DNA from: an uncultured Candidatus Saccharibacteria bacterium
GTDB lineage: Bacteria > Patescibacteriota > Saccharimonadia > CAILAD01 > GCA-016700035
Length of the DNA: 41,442 nucleotides
Assembly: GCA_964432055.1 (NCBI GenBank)
Contig: CAYSMD010000003.1
Span: 1 to 41,442 of the forward strand
Direction: 5' to 3'
Shown: in pieces, positions 14,710 through 22,752 of the stretch
How the letters are laid out: each line of letters opens with the position of its first letter
Position numbering within the stretch: position 1 is the first letter of the stretch
Notes under the pieces: generated by a model
The model's database searches: none
Told to the model about the DNA's origin: nothing
What the model saw: the letters and a program-made list of their open reading frames with translations, nothing else
Translations under genes and position numbers: made by a program

Positions 14710-16646
14710 CGAGCCTAGGTGCGCGTTTCGAGCATTTACTCAGCGCGGGGGTGGATTCTGCATCTGTAGATAGAGCTGAACTACGGCGAATGAAGTTTTT
14801 TTATGCCTATATCCTCATAGGAATTTTTGCTTGTGGCGGGTCAGCATTGGTCTTGCTCATATCTCAGCCGGCAGGATTGAGTTACGCCGCAGTTGCAATC
14901 ACACTAGGCATGCTGATCTTTTTGGGCATCGTGCTGCGTTTTTTGAAACGTACTGATGTTGTAGTGCAGCTACTGCTTGTCTTTTTCTTTGTGTTAGCTT
15001 GGTTCGTTTTAACACAGAGCCAGACCACGACAGGCATATTTTGGCTTTATGTATATGCACCAATCGCTGCACTCTTGTTAAAACGTAAAATCGCATTATT
15101 TTGGGTATTTGCATATGCCGCTTGGATTGCAGTTATTGCGAATGCTTCATGGCTTGGACCTATCGGCTATTCGGTATCTCAGGTCTATGCTTTCATTGCG
15201 TCTTTTCTGCCAATTTCGCTATTTATGATTGCGTATCAACGCATTACAGAGAGTGCAGAACGCGAAGTATATGAAAAAGATATTGAGCTTAAGGCTTTAA
15301 CTAAGAAACTTCAGGACGAGCTGATATTCGCCTCACACTCAAAAAAGCAGCTTGATGGGCTGAGTGTTGCCTTGGCTCGGCAGAATAAGAAGCTTACGCG
15401 TGGTCAGGCGGCTCTAGTTAATCTTCTGGAAGACGCTAAGGAGCTGGAGAACGAGCTGGTGCTCGCTAAGCAGCATGTTGAAGAAAAGGTGGAGCAGCGT
15501 ACGCAGGAGCTATCTATCGAGCGATCGCGTTTGGAGTCAACATTGCAGAGCCTACCTGTGGCGGTGCTATTACTGAACGAGAAGATGAAGGTTGTTGACG
15601 CGAATAATCAGGCGTACGAACTAGTTGGCGAGGAGCCCACAGGCGACGGTGCCGGGTTACCGACGGCTGTATCTCGGAAGCTCTATAAGTTTATGAGTAA
15701 CGAATTAGTTTTGGCTGATCATATTCAGCAATGTGTTGCCACTCAGGCCTGTGTTATGCTCGGTGAAGTCAGCTACAAAGAGGCTTATTATAAGGTGGCA
15801 CTTGGGCCAGTGCAGTCGGTCGGGAATGATCCTTCAGGTGGGGTTGTGGTAGTGGTTGAAAATATTACTGCCCAGAAGATGCTTGAGAGGTCCAAGGATG
15901 AGTTTCTTATGATCGCTTCTCATGAGTTGCGTACTCCCTTAACAGCCATTCGTGGAAATGCAGTTATTCTTGAAAAGATGTTTGCAAAAAAAGCACAAAG
16001 CCCGGAGTTTGATGAATTGACGACAGATATTCAAGACTCGAGCACGAGATTGCTGAGTATCGTGAATGACTACTTAGAGCTTTCGAGTATGGAGCAAGGC
16101 CGCCGTGTGTTTAATCAGGATGTGGTTGATTTAGCGGCTCTCGCACATACAATTATCTCGGAGAATCAGGGCCTTGCTCGCGAAAAAAAGCTTGACCTTA
16201 AGGTTAAGGGTAGTCGAGCTAAAAAAATACTCGTTCGTGCCGATGCACGCAGAGTGCAGCAGGTCATTGAGAATCTTATCGCTAACGCAATTCACTATAC
16301 GAATCGCGGTAGTGTAACGCTAGAATTTGCCCAGGCTGGTGACTTGGTAACGTGTCGCATTCGAGACACAGGCATTGGAATTGCTAAGTCTAGTCAGCAA
16401 AATATTTTTACGAAGTTTCATCAAGCGCAAGAAAACCTACTAACTCGAGATCCTGAGCGTAGTACAGGATTAGGTCTGTATATTACAAAGCTTATGGTTG
16501 AGGGAATGGGTGGAAAAATCATACTTGAGCATTCTGCCTTAAGGAAGGGCTCAGTTTTCGCATTCTCGCTGCCTAGTGCTAAGTCGGTTCGTTCAGTCGG
16601 GCAGAATGCTCAGAAAAACGCTACAATGAAAAGCAAAGGAGATTAA
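14706..16646 (+). CDS. Sensor histidine kinase (about 6 N-terminal TM helices, coiled coil, PAS-like region, HisKA and HATPase_c)
   Basis: H-box ASHELRTPLTAIRGN, N-box ENLIANAIHYT, G1 DTGIGI, G2 GLGLYITKLMVEGMGG. An ATGA overlap couples it to the upstream gene. Confidence 0.9.
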   Translation: MTSLGARFEHLLSAGVDSASVDRAELRRMKFFYAYILIGIFACGGSALVLLISQPAGLSYAAVAITLGMLIFLGIVLRFLKRTDVVVQLLLVFFFVLAWFVLTQSQTTTGIFWLYVYAPIAALLLKRKIALFWVFAYAAWIAVIANASWLGPIGYSVSQVYAFIASFLPISLFMIAYQRITESAEREVYEKDIELKALTKKLQDELIFASHSKKQLDGLSVALARQNKKLTRGQAALVNLLEDAKELENELVLAKQHVEEKVEQRTQELSIERSRLESTLQSLPVAVLLLNEKMKVVDANNQAYELVGEEPTGDGAGLPTAVSRKLYKFMSNELVLADHIQQCVATQACVMLGEVSYKEAYYKVALGPVQSVGNDPSGGVVVVVENITAQKMLERSKDEFLMIASHELRTPLTAIRGNAVILEKMFAKKAQSPEFDELTTDIQDSSTRLLSIVNDYLELSSMEQGRRVFNQDVVDLAALAHTIISENQGLAREKKLDLKVKGSRAKKILVRADARRVQQVIENLIANAIHYTNRGSVTLEFAQAGDLVTCRIRDTGIGIAKSSQQNIFTKFHQAQENLLTRDPERSTGLGLYITKLMVEGMGGKIILEHSALRKGSVFAFSLPSAKSVRSVGQNAQKNATMKSKGD

Positions 16647-16647
16647 T

Positions 16648-17028
16648 ATGAAGAAAATACTACTGATTGAGGATGATCCGCTCTTATCTCGAATGTATAG
16701 TCGGTTGTTTACGATTCACGAGTACGAATTTCTTGAGGATCTTGATCCGCAGAGTGGACTGGCTCGAGCTAAAACAGAGAAGCCAGATCTTATACTGCTC
16801 GACATTATGATGCCTATAATGAATGGCTTAGAGGTGCTTGAGGCTCTCAAGAAAGACCCTGAGACGCAGAATATCCCAGTAATTATGATTACTAATGTTG
16901 AAGACGATGAAACCGAGAAAAGGTCGAAAGAGCTAGGAGCTGCTGGGTACCTCGTGAAAAGTCGGTATGACCCAGATGAAACAGTAAAGTATGTTGCAAA
17001 AGTGCTTAAGGGTACAACCAAGAACTAG
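16648..17028 (+). CDS. Single-domain (receiver-only, CheY-like) response regulator
   Basis: 126 aa. Acidic pocket IEDD, phospho-acceptor context DLILLDIMMPIMNG, then ITNV and YLVKS. No DNA-binding or enzymatic output domain. The start is 1 nt after the kinase stop codon. Confidence 0.9.
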   Translation: MKKILLIEDDPLLSRMYSRLFTIHEYEFLEDLDPQSGLARAKTEKPDLILLDIMMPIMNGLEVLEALKKDPETQNIPVIMITNVEDDETEKRSKELGAAGYLVKSRYDPDETVKYVAKVLKGTTKN

Positions 17029-17044
17029 TCTGTTCGTAATTTGT

Positions 17045-17073
17045 TTGCTTTTTAAGATGAATATTCATATACT
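17045..17073 (+). promoter_or_regulatory. Candidate promoter: -35 TTGCTT, 17-nt spacer, -10 TATACT, ending 6 nt before the GTG start of the polymerase gene
   Basis: ttgctt lies at 17045-17050 and tatact at 17068-17073. No SD is present before 17080. Confidence 0.35.
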
Positions 17074-17079
17074 GAAGAT

Positions 17080-18327
17080 GTGTTACGATCACTTCTTCAG
17101 GGGCTTGAGCCATATAAGGTTATCTATCTAGATTTTGATTCGTTCTTTGCATCCGCAGAGCAGCAGCGTCGACCCGAGTTGCGAGGTATTCCAGTAGGGG
17201 TTTGCCCATTCGTATCTGATACTAGCTGTATTGTGGCTGCTTCTCGTGAGGCTAAACAGCGAGGCATCCGAACGGGGATGCGCGTCTGGGAGGCCCGTAA
17301 GCTGGCAGCGGATCTGGTGTGTGTGCGAGACACACCTTCGTATTATCGAGCGATCCATAGCGAGACATTGCAAGTCTTGGAAGATACGCCGTGTCGAGTC
17401 TATGTACGCGGTATTGATGAGATGGGGCTTGTGGTCCCGAGTTACTTACGTAGCGTGGCGGACGTTACGAGTCTGGCCCAAAACCTCAAGCGTGAGTTAG
17501 GGAGGCGCTTAGGCGATGTGGTGACAGTTTCGATTGGAGTGGGGCCAAATAGTTGGCTCGCAAAGTTGGCGGCAAGTTATCGAAAACCGGATGGCATGGT
17601 GATTCTCCAGCCCAGTCAATATAGTGATTTTTACAGCAATCTACGGTTGCTTGATCTGACAGGTATTAGTTATCGGATGCAGCGTCGACTCTACGACTTG
17701 GGTATTTATGCACCCATTGACCTCTATCGTGCTTCAGAGCCATATCTGCGTCAGCATTTAGGGGTGCATGGTAGTCGATGGTATCTCAGGATGCGAGGAG
17801 TGGAGGTGGATGAGCGTCCAGAGCAGCTCAAAAAATCTATCGGTCACCAGACGACGCTCGCGCCGCGCCCGGCTAGTAGCTTCGATGAGCTCATGAGTGT
17901 AGTCGTAAAAATGATGCTGAAAATTGGCTATCGTTTACGTGCCACGAAACGCCAGGCTCGATCGATGGCTGTCGCGGTTTCATTTGTTGGTCCAGGGGGC
18001 TGGCACAATATAGCGCGTCATCTTGAGCCTTTTGGGTCACAGGCCGATTTGGTTCGACAGGCGGGGAGACTTATTGAGCCCCTGCGCTCGCAGTATGAAT
18101 CGGTTCGGAGGATTACTGTCGTGACTTCGGATTTCGTGCCAGCCGGTCAACAGAGCTGGCTGACCGAGACAGACGTACGCTCAGAAGCCTTGTCTGGCGC
18201 TCTTGATACTCTGCGCCGTCGGTTTGGTACTCGGGCGGTGATGACGGCATCTGGCATGGAGACAGATATCTTCCCGGATCGGATTGGCTTTGGTGCGCCA
18301 GAAAAGTTGTTTTTGCCAGAAGCTTAG
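17080..18327 (+). CDS. dinB: Y-family DNA polymerase (DinB/Pol IV-like)
   Basis: The N-terminal catalytic motif is VIYLDFDSFFASAEQQRRPELRGIPVGV (compare DMDAFFASVEQ...PELRGKPVAV). GIDEMGL and VSIGVGPNSWLAKLAS follow. The start is GTG. Confidence 0.8.
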   Translation: MLRSLLQGLEPYKVIYLDFDSFFASAEQQRRPELRGIPVGVCPFVSDTSCIVAASREAKQRGIRTGMRVWEARKLAADLVCVRDTPSYYRAIHSETLQVLEDTPCRVYVRGIDEMGLVVPSYLRSVADVTSLAQNLKRELGRRLGDVVTVSIGVGPNSWLAKLAASYRKPDGMVILQPSQYSDFYSNLRLLDLTGISYRMQRRLYDLGIYAPIDLYRASEPYLRQHLGVHGSRWYLRMRGVEVDERPEQLKKSIGHQTTLAPRPASSFDELMSVVVKMMLKIGYRLRATKRQARSMAVAVSFVGPGGWHNIARHLEPFGSQADLVRQAGRLIEPLRSQYESVRRITVVTSDFVPAGQQSWLTETDVRSEALSGALDTLRRRFGTRAVMTASGMETDIFPDRIGFGAPEKLFLPEA

Positions 18328-18362
18328 CAATAGTGATCTCAGGAGTAAGGTGATGAGTAGTC

Positions 18363-18391
18363 TTGCAAAAATAGCCTTTTTCAGATATGAT
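18363..18391 (+). promoter_or_regulatory. Candidate promoter for tRNA-Val (and possibly thrS): -35 TTGCAA, 17-nt spacer, -10 TATGAT
   Basis: ttgcaa lies at 18363-18368 and tatgat at 18386-18391, about 40 nt upstream of the tRNA. Confidence 0.4.
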
Positions 18392-18431
18392 GGCCTGGTT
18401 TTCAAGCACTTTGTGAGGCGAGAAAATTGAC

Positions 18432-18508
18432 GGGTCCTTAGCTCAGTTGGCTAGAGCGCTTCCTTGACGTGGAAGAGGTCAGAGGTTCGAGTCCCCTAGG
18501 ACCCACCA
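18432..18508 (+). tRNA. tRNA-Val (anticodon GAC)
   Basis: Acceptor gggtcct/aggaccc. D-arm gctc-agttggcta-gagc. Anticodon stem cttcc/ggaag with loop ttGACgt. T-loop ttcgagt. Discriminator a, CCA encoded. Confidence 0.9.
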
Positions 18509-18615
18509 TCGAAATCATTTATACTAAGAGAGTATTTTTCATAGGGCATTTGAGGTAGATCTAACCAATTTACTAAGCCCCGTAGCTGCGGGCGCAACAC
18601 GTAGCAAGAAGAGTG

Positions 18616-18690
18616 ATTCGCTCACCGCGAATAAGCCTGGTGGAACCCCCCGAGAAATTGGGGCCAGGTGATTACGGTGGGCGTTTTTGT
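18616..18690 (+). promoter_or_regulatory. T-box-like riboswitch 3' module in the thrS leader: Stem III, an antiterminator with a UGGAACC bulge, and a downstream U-tract
   Basis: Stem III is attcgc-tcacc-gcgaat (18616-18632). Helix A1 pairs cctgg (18636-40) with ccagg (18664-68). The 7-nt bulge is tggaacc (18641-47). Helix A2 pairs cccc (18648-51) with gggg (18660-63). The sequence aataagcctggtggaacccccc resembles the T-box consensus AAnnnGGGUGGNACCnCG. An alternative 9-bp pairing, cgctcaccg (18619-27) with cggtgggcg (18675-83), is followed by ttttt. Confidence 0.5.
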
Positions 18691-18720
18691 TTGCCGCCAA
18701 ACGAGGTAAGGAGAAAAGAT

Positions 18721-20523
18721 ATGGACGATAAATTACATGCTATGAGACATAGTGCGGCCCACGTGCTGGCAGCTGCGCTACAGAAGCTGCATCCAGAAGT
18801 AAAGTTTGGTGTGGGGCCGGTTATTGAGCATGGTTTTTACTATGACGTTCTACTCAATGAGCCTCTTTCAGATAAGGATCTCAAAAAAATCGAAAAGGAA
18901 ATGCGCAAGATCATTGCTGCAAATCTTCCTATTGAGCGCGAAGAGTGGCCGATTCAAGAGGCAAAATCCTACTTTGAAAAGAATAATCAGCCGTATAAGG
19001 TGGAGTTATTGTCTGATTTACAACAAAGAGGTACGACAAGCATAAAAAATATCAATGTCGCAGAGCTTGGTGCAGAAGCTACTGATGATGAAATTACATC
19101 GGTAAGCATATATAAGATAGGAAATTTCGTTGATTTGTGCAGAGGTCCTCATCTAGAAGCAACCTCTGAAGTGGGTGCGTTTAAACTTGATCGATTAGCG
19201 GGGGCATATTGGCGCGGCGATGAGAGCCGGGATCAGCTGCAGCGGATCTATGGACTAGCTTTTGCAACGAGTGATGAACTCGAAAGCCATGAAGAAATGG
19301 TTCGCTTAGCGAAAGAGCGTGATCATCGCAAACTAGGGAAAGAGCTGGATCTATTTACGTTTTCAGAGCTTGTTGGTCCAGGTCTGCCACTCTGGACTCC
19401 ACGGGGGACTATTGTGCGTAGTGAGCTCGATCGATTCGTGCAAGAGTTGCGAGGTAAGTACGGCTTTGAAGAGGTGACGATTCCTCATATTACGAAAAAA
19501 GAGCTCTATATGGCGAGTGGTCACTGGGATAAGTTTGAAGATGAGCTCTTTAAGATTGTTTCAAGAGATGGGCATGAGTTTGCTCTCAAGCCGATGAACT
19601 GTCCGCATCATACGCAGATCTTTGATGCTCGACCCAGGAGCTATCGTGAGATGCCAGTTCGGTATCGTGAGACTACAATGGTGTATCGTGACGAGCAGAG
19701 TGGTGAGCTGCACGGCCTCTCGAGAGTTCGCTCAATCACTCAAGACGATGCTCATACATTCTGTCGGCCGAGCCAGGTGGAGACAGAAGTCATGAATGTT
19801 TGGGATGTTATTGAGCGGTACTGGGCGGCATTTGGCATTGAGCTAAGGGTACGACTCTCAACTCATGATCCAAAGGCGATGCAGGGCTATCTTGGCACCG
19901 AGGAGCAATGGGAAAATGCGGTTGCCCAACTTCAGTCAGTAATTGAGAAAAAGGGTGTGGAGTTTGTGCTTGGTGAAGGCGAGGCGGCTTTCTATGGTCC
20001 GAAAATTGATTTTATCGGCTCAGATGCGCTTGGTCGTGAGTTCCAGGCATCAACTGTTCAGCTAGATTTCAATATGCCTGAGCGCTTTAATCTTGCGTGT
20101 ATTGATGAGCAGGGTGACCGCGAGCGAGTTGTTATGATTCACTGCGCGATCGCTGGTTCTGTGGAGAGGAGCTTTGTTCTGCTTCTGGAGCACTATGGTG
20201 GTAACTTCCCTGTGTGGCTAGCTCCAGAGCAGGCCGTTGTGTTGCCGATATCGGAGAAATTTACAACCTATGCACAGAAAGTTGTTGATGGCTTATCGGC
20301 TAAGGGTGTTCGCGTACGCCTCAATGCCGAGAATGAGTCGCTCGGTAAGCGGATCCGCGCTTCTGAGATGAGTAAAATACCATATATCCTGATTGTAGGA
20401 GAGCGCGAAGAAGCAGATGCGCAGGTTGCGGTTCGGCGATATGGAGAGGGTGATCAAGGAGTGATGAATCAAGATGAGTTTACCCAAAAGATCACAGCAG
20501 AAATCTCATCACGCAGAGGCTAG
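18721..20523 (+). CDS. thrS: Threonyl-tRNA synthetase, lacking the N-terminal TGS domain
   Basis: The start is taken at ATG 18721, with SD aaggag at 18709-14. Editing-domain motif HSAAHVLAAA...GPVIEHGFYYD. Class II motifs FALKPMNCPHH and YRDEQSGELHGLSRVRSITQDDAH. The anticodon-binding C-terminus includes LAPEQAVVLPI. Confidence 0.92.
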   Translation: MDDKLHAMRHSAAHVLAAALQKLHPEVKFGVGPVIEHGFYYDVLLNEPLSDKDLKKIEKEMRKIIAANLPIEREEWPIQEAKSYFEKNNQPYKVELLSDLQQRGTTSIKNINVAELGAEATDDEITSVSIYKIGNFVDLCRGPHLEATSEVGAFKLDRLAGAYWRGDESRDQLQRIYGLAFATSDELESHEEMVRLAKERDHRKLGKELDLFTFSELVGPGLPLWTPRGTIVRSELDRFVQELRGKYGFEEVTIPHITKKELYMASGHWDKFEDELFKIVSRDGHEFALKPMNCPHHTQIFDARPRSYREMPVRYRETTMVYRDEQSGELHGLSRVRSITQDDAHTFCRPSQVETEVMNVWDVIERYWAAFGIELRVRLSTHDPKAMQGYLGTEEQWENAVAQLQSVIEKKGVEFVLGEGEAAFYGPKIDFIGSDALGREFQASTVQLDFNMPERFNLACIDEQGDRERVVMIHCAIAGSVERSFVLLLEHYGGNFPVWLAPEQAVVLPISEKFTTYAQKVVDGLSAKGVRVRLNAENESLGKRIRASEMSKIPYILIVGEREEADAQVAVRRYGEGDQGVMNQDEFTQKITAEISSRRG

Positions 20524-21415
20524 TGGATCTGGCTCACTACTCGCGATTGTAGGGCCGACGGCCTCCGGTAAGTCTGGATTAGCACATCGCATCGCGCTTG
20601 CGACTGGTGCGGATATTTTGTGCGCTGATTCTCGCACAATCTATCGAGGGATGGATATTGGGACTGCTAAGCCTACTGTGTATGAGCAGTCGGAGATTCG
20701 CTATTATGGCTTAGACCTGGTAGCTCCAGATGAGCGATATTCGGCCGCAGATTTTGTGAGTTACGCCAAGCAAGTGATGAGGGAAGTACAAAACCGAAAT
20801 AAGCCACTTATCTTAGTTGGGGGTAGCGGGATGTATATTGATGCACTTCTATTTGACTACTCGTTTCGGCAGAATCTTCATTGTGATGCTGGCGTGGTTG
20901 CTAATTTAGGCACTGATGAGCTTTTGGCACAAGCCAGGGCTTTGTATCCACAAGAGATTATTGGATTTGATGTGAAAAATACTCGCCGGTTACGCGAATT
21001 ATTAGTACGAGGGCCGGCAAGTACTGCTGATCGTGCTGAGCTAAAATACGATGTAAAAATACTAGGCATTACGGTGGATGCAGAGGGTTTACAGGGGAGA
21101 ATTATCATTCGCACGAAAGAAATGTTGAATCAGGGATTTGTTCAAGAGGTCGAGAGTTTGCTACGAGCCTATTCTGCGACGTCGCCGGGGCTAAAGTCGA
21201 CTGGCTACTCACAAGTTGTAAGTTGGCTAGAGGAAGGTGGCCACGATATGGCGGCATTGGAGTCGGATATTTCTATGGCAACACGTAGGCTCGCCAAGAA
21301 ACAGCGTACTTGGTTTGGACGGAATGCACATATTGCATGGGATGATGATATGTCTCGGCTCGAAAGCGCGGGGATTGGATATCTACATGGATTCAAAGGT
21401 ACAATGTCTGCATGA
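20474..21415 (+). CDS. miaA: tRNA dimethylallyltransferase
   Basis: P-loop GPTASGKSGLA and DSRTIYRGMDIGTAKP. It overlaps the thrS 3' end by 50 nt, and no alternative in-frame start lies before the P-loop. Confidence 0.88.
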   Translation: MSLPKRSQQKSHHAEASGSGSLLAIVGPTASGKSGLAHRIALATGADILCADSRTIYRGMDIGTAKPTVYEQSEIRYYGLDLVAPDERYSAADFVSYAKQVMREVQNRNKPLILVGGSGMYIDALLFDYSFRQNLHCDAGVVANLGTDELLAQARALYPQEIIGFDVKNTRRLRELLVRGPASTADRAELKYDVKILGITVDAEGLQGRIIIRTKEMLNQGFVQEVESLLRAYSATSPGLKSTGYSQVVSWLEEGGHDMAALESDISMATRRLAKKQRTWFGRNAHIAWDDDMSRLESAGIGYLHGFKGTMSA

Positions 21416-22752
21416 AGAGGTTACGCGATAGGTTAGCGCTTACAGCTGGGAAGGTTACGTCCCAAGTGATGCATCTCGGTGGCCGTAGTTCTACGGCGCT
21501 TCCTGGGTACATCGCCGAAAGAATCTCTCGAGATCCGTTGAGTGCGCTTATGAAGCGGCGGACATACGCTGGTGTGATCTTAATTACCGGAACTAATGGC
21601 AAGACCACCACCACCTTGATGGTGAAGAATATTCTCGAGCAAGCCAACTATCAGGTCGTGAACAATGGTTCAGGATCGAATCTTTCGCGAGGGGTACTGA
21701 CCGCTTTACTGACTGATCATCGACAAGGCGATAGGACGATGTTGTTACTCGAAGTTGATGAAGCTAGTATGCCAGATGTCGTAAGGGCAACGTCGCCAAC
21801 TCACGTGGTTGTCACAAATATCTTTCGTGACCAGCTTGATCGGTACGGTGAAGTAGATTACACAAGGCGCTTGATAGAAAAATCTTTAGAGAGTAGTCCG
21901 GGGGCAGAACTAGTTCTGTGTGCTGATGATCCGCATGTTGCGCGACTTGGTTTGCAGGCAGAGCATGCTCACTATTTTGGCTTGGATGTTACGGGACTCA
22001 AGGCTTTGGCCCATGATCATGCATCAGATGTGCCAGTGAGTCCAAAGACAGGGTCGCCCCTTCATTACAGTAGAAGGTACTTTGGGCACTTTGGCCACTA
22101 TCAGGCTGACGACAAGTCATTTAGCCGTCCTCAGCCAGGGGTAGTTGTAACGAAGTATTCTTCTGATCGGGATGGCGCGCATATTGACCTAAAGCTATAT
22201 GCCAAAACGGTATCAATGCAACTCGGCTTACAAGGTATCTATAGTGCGTATAACGTGGCTGCAGCTGCGGCGGTCGGGGAAGTGTTGGGCTTGCCATCTG
22301 ATCAGATCATCCGAGGAATCACTACTACCAAAGCAGCCTTCGGGCGACAGGAGATTATACGATATCAAGCTAGTGACTGTGCTTTTCATCTGGTCAAAAA
22401 TCCAACTGGCTTTAATCAGGTTATCCAGTCTGTACTCGTAAAGGACGTGAATTGCCCTGTGCTTATCGTTATTAATGATAATTTCGCAGATGGACGAGAC
22501 GTATCTTGGCTGTGGGATGTCGCAATCGAGGATATTGCGTCAGATGCCGATGTAACTGTTGCGGGGTTGCGGGCCTATGATATGGCGCTCCGTCTCGAGT
22601 ATGCGGGTCTTCCGTGCCGAGTCATCGAAGACCCGATAGCAGCTTTAGATGAGCTTACGAAGGATGCAGAGCGTGTACTAGTGCTACCTACATACACTGC
22701 CTTGCTTGAGCTGCGTAAGAAGATGAATCTCAAACTGGAGCACCAGTCATGA
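21412..22752 (+). CDS. murT: Lipid II isoglutaminyl synthase subunit MurT (Mur-ligase family)
   Basis: The N-terminus is collinear with S. aureus MurT as I recall it (LPGYIAERI...ILITGTNGKTTTT). The central Mur-ligase domain has NIFRDQLDRYGE. The C-terminal domain is DUF1727-like. An ATGA overlap joins it to miaA upstream, and the downstream gene is gatD. Confidence 0.88.
   Translation: MKRLRDRLALTAGKVTSQVMHLGGRSSTALPGYIAERISRDPLSALMKRRTYAGVILITGTNGKTTTTLMVKNILEQANYQVVNNGSGSNLSRGVLTALLTDHRQGDRTMLLLEVDEASMPDVVRATSPTHVVVTNIFRDQLDRYGEVDYTRRLIEKSLESSPGAELVLCADDPHVARLGLQAEHAHYFGLDVTGLKALAHDHASDVPVSPKTGSPLHYSRRYFGHFGHYQADDKSFSRPQPGVVVTKYSSDRDGAHIDLKLYAKTVSMQLGLQGIYSAYNVAAAAAVGEVLGLPSDQIIRGITTTKAAFGRQEIIRYQASDCAFHLVKNPTGFNQVIQSVLVKDVNCPVLIVINDNFADGRDVSWLWDVAIEDIASDADVTVAGLRAYDMALRLEYAGLPCRVIEDPIAALDELTKDAERVLVLPTYTALLELRKKMNLKLEHQS

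Noticed and set aside
18613-18720. 36-codon N-terminal extension of the thrS ORF (alternative start at 18613)
   Set aside because: It has no SD, it overlaps the T-box-like RNA structure, and the extension does not resemble a TGS domain. ATG 18721 has a strong aaggag SD.
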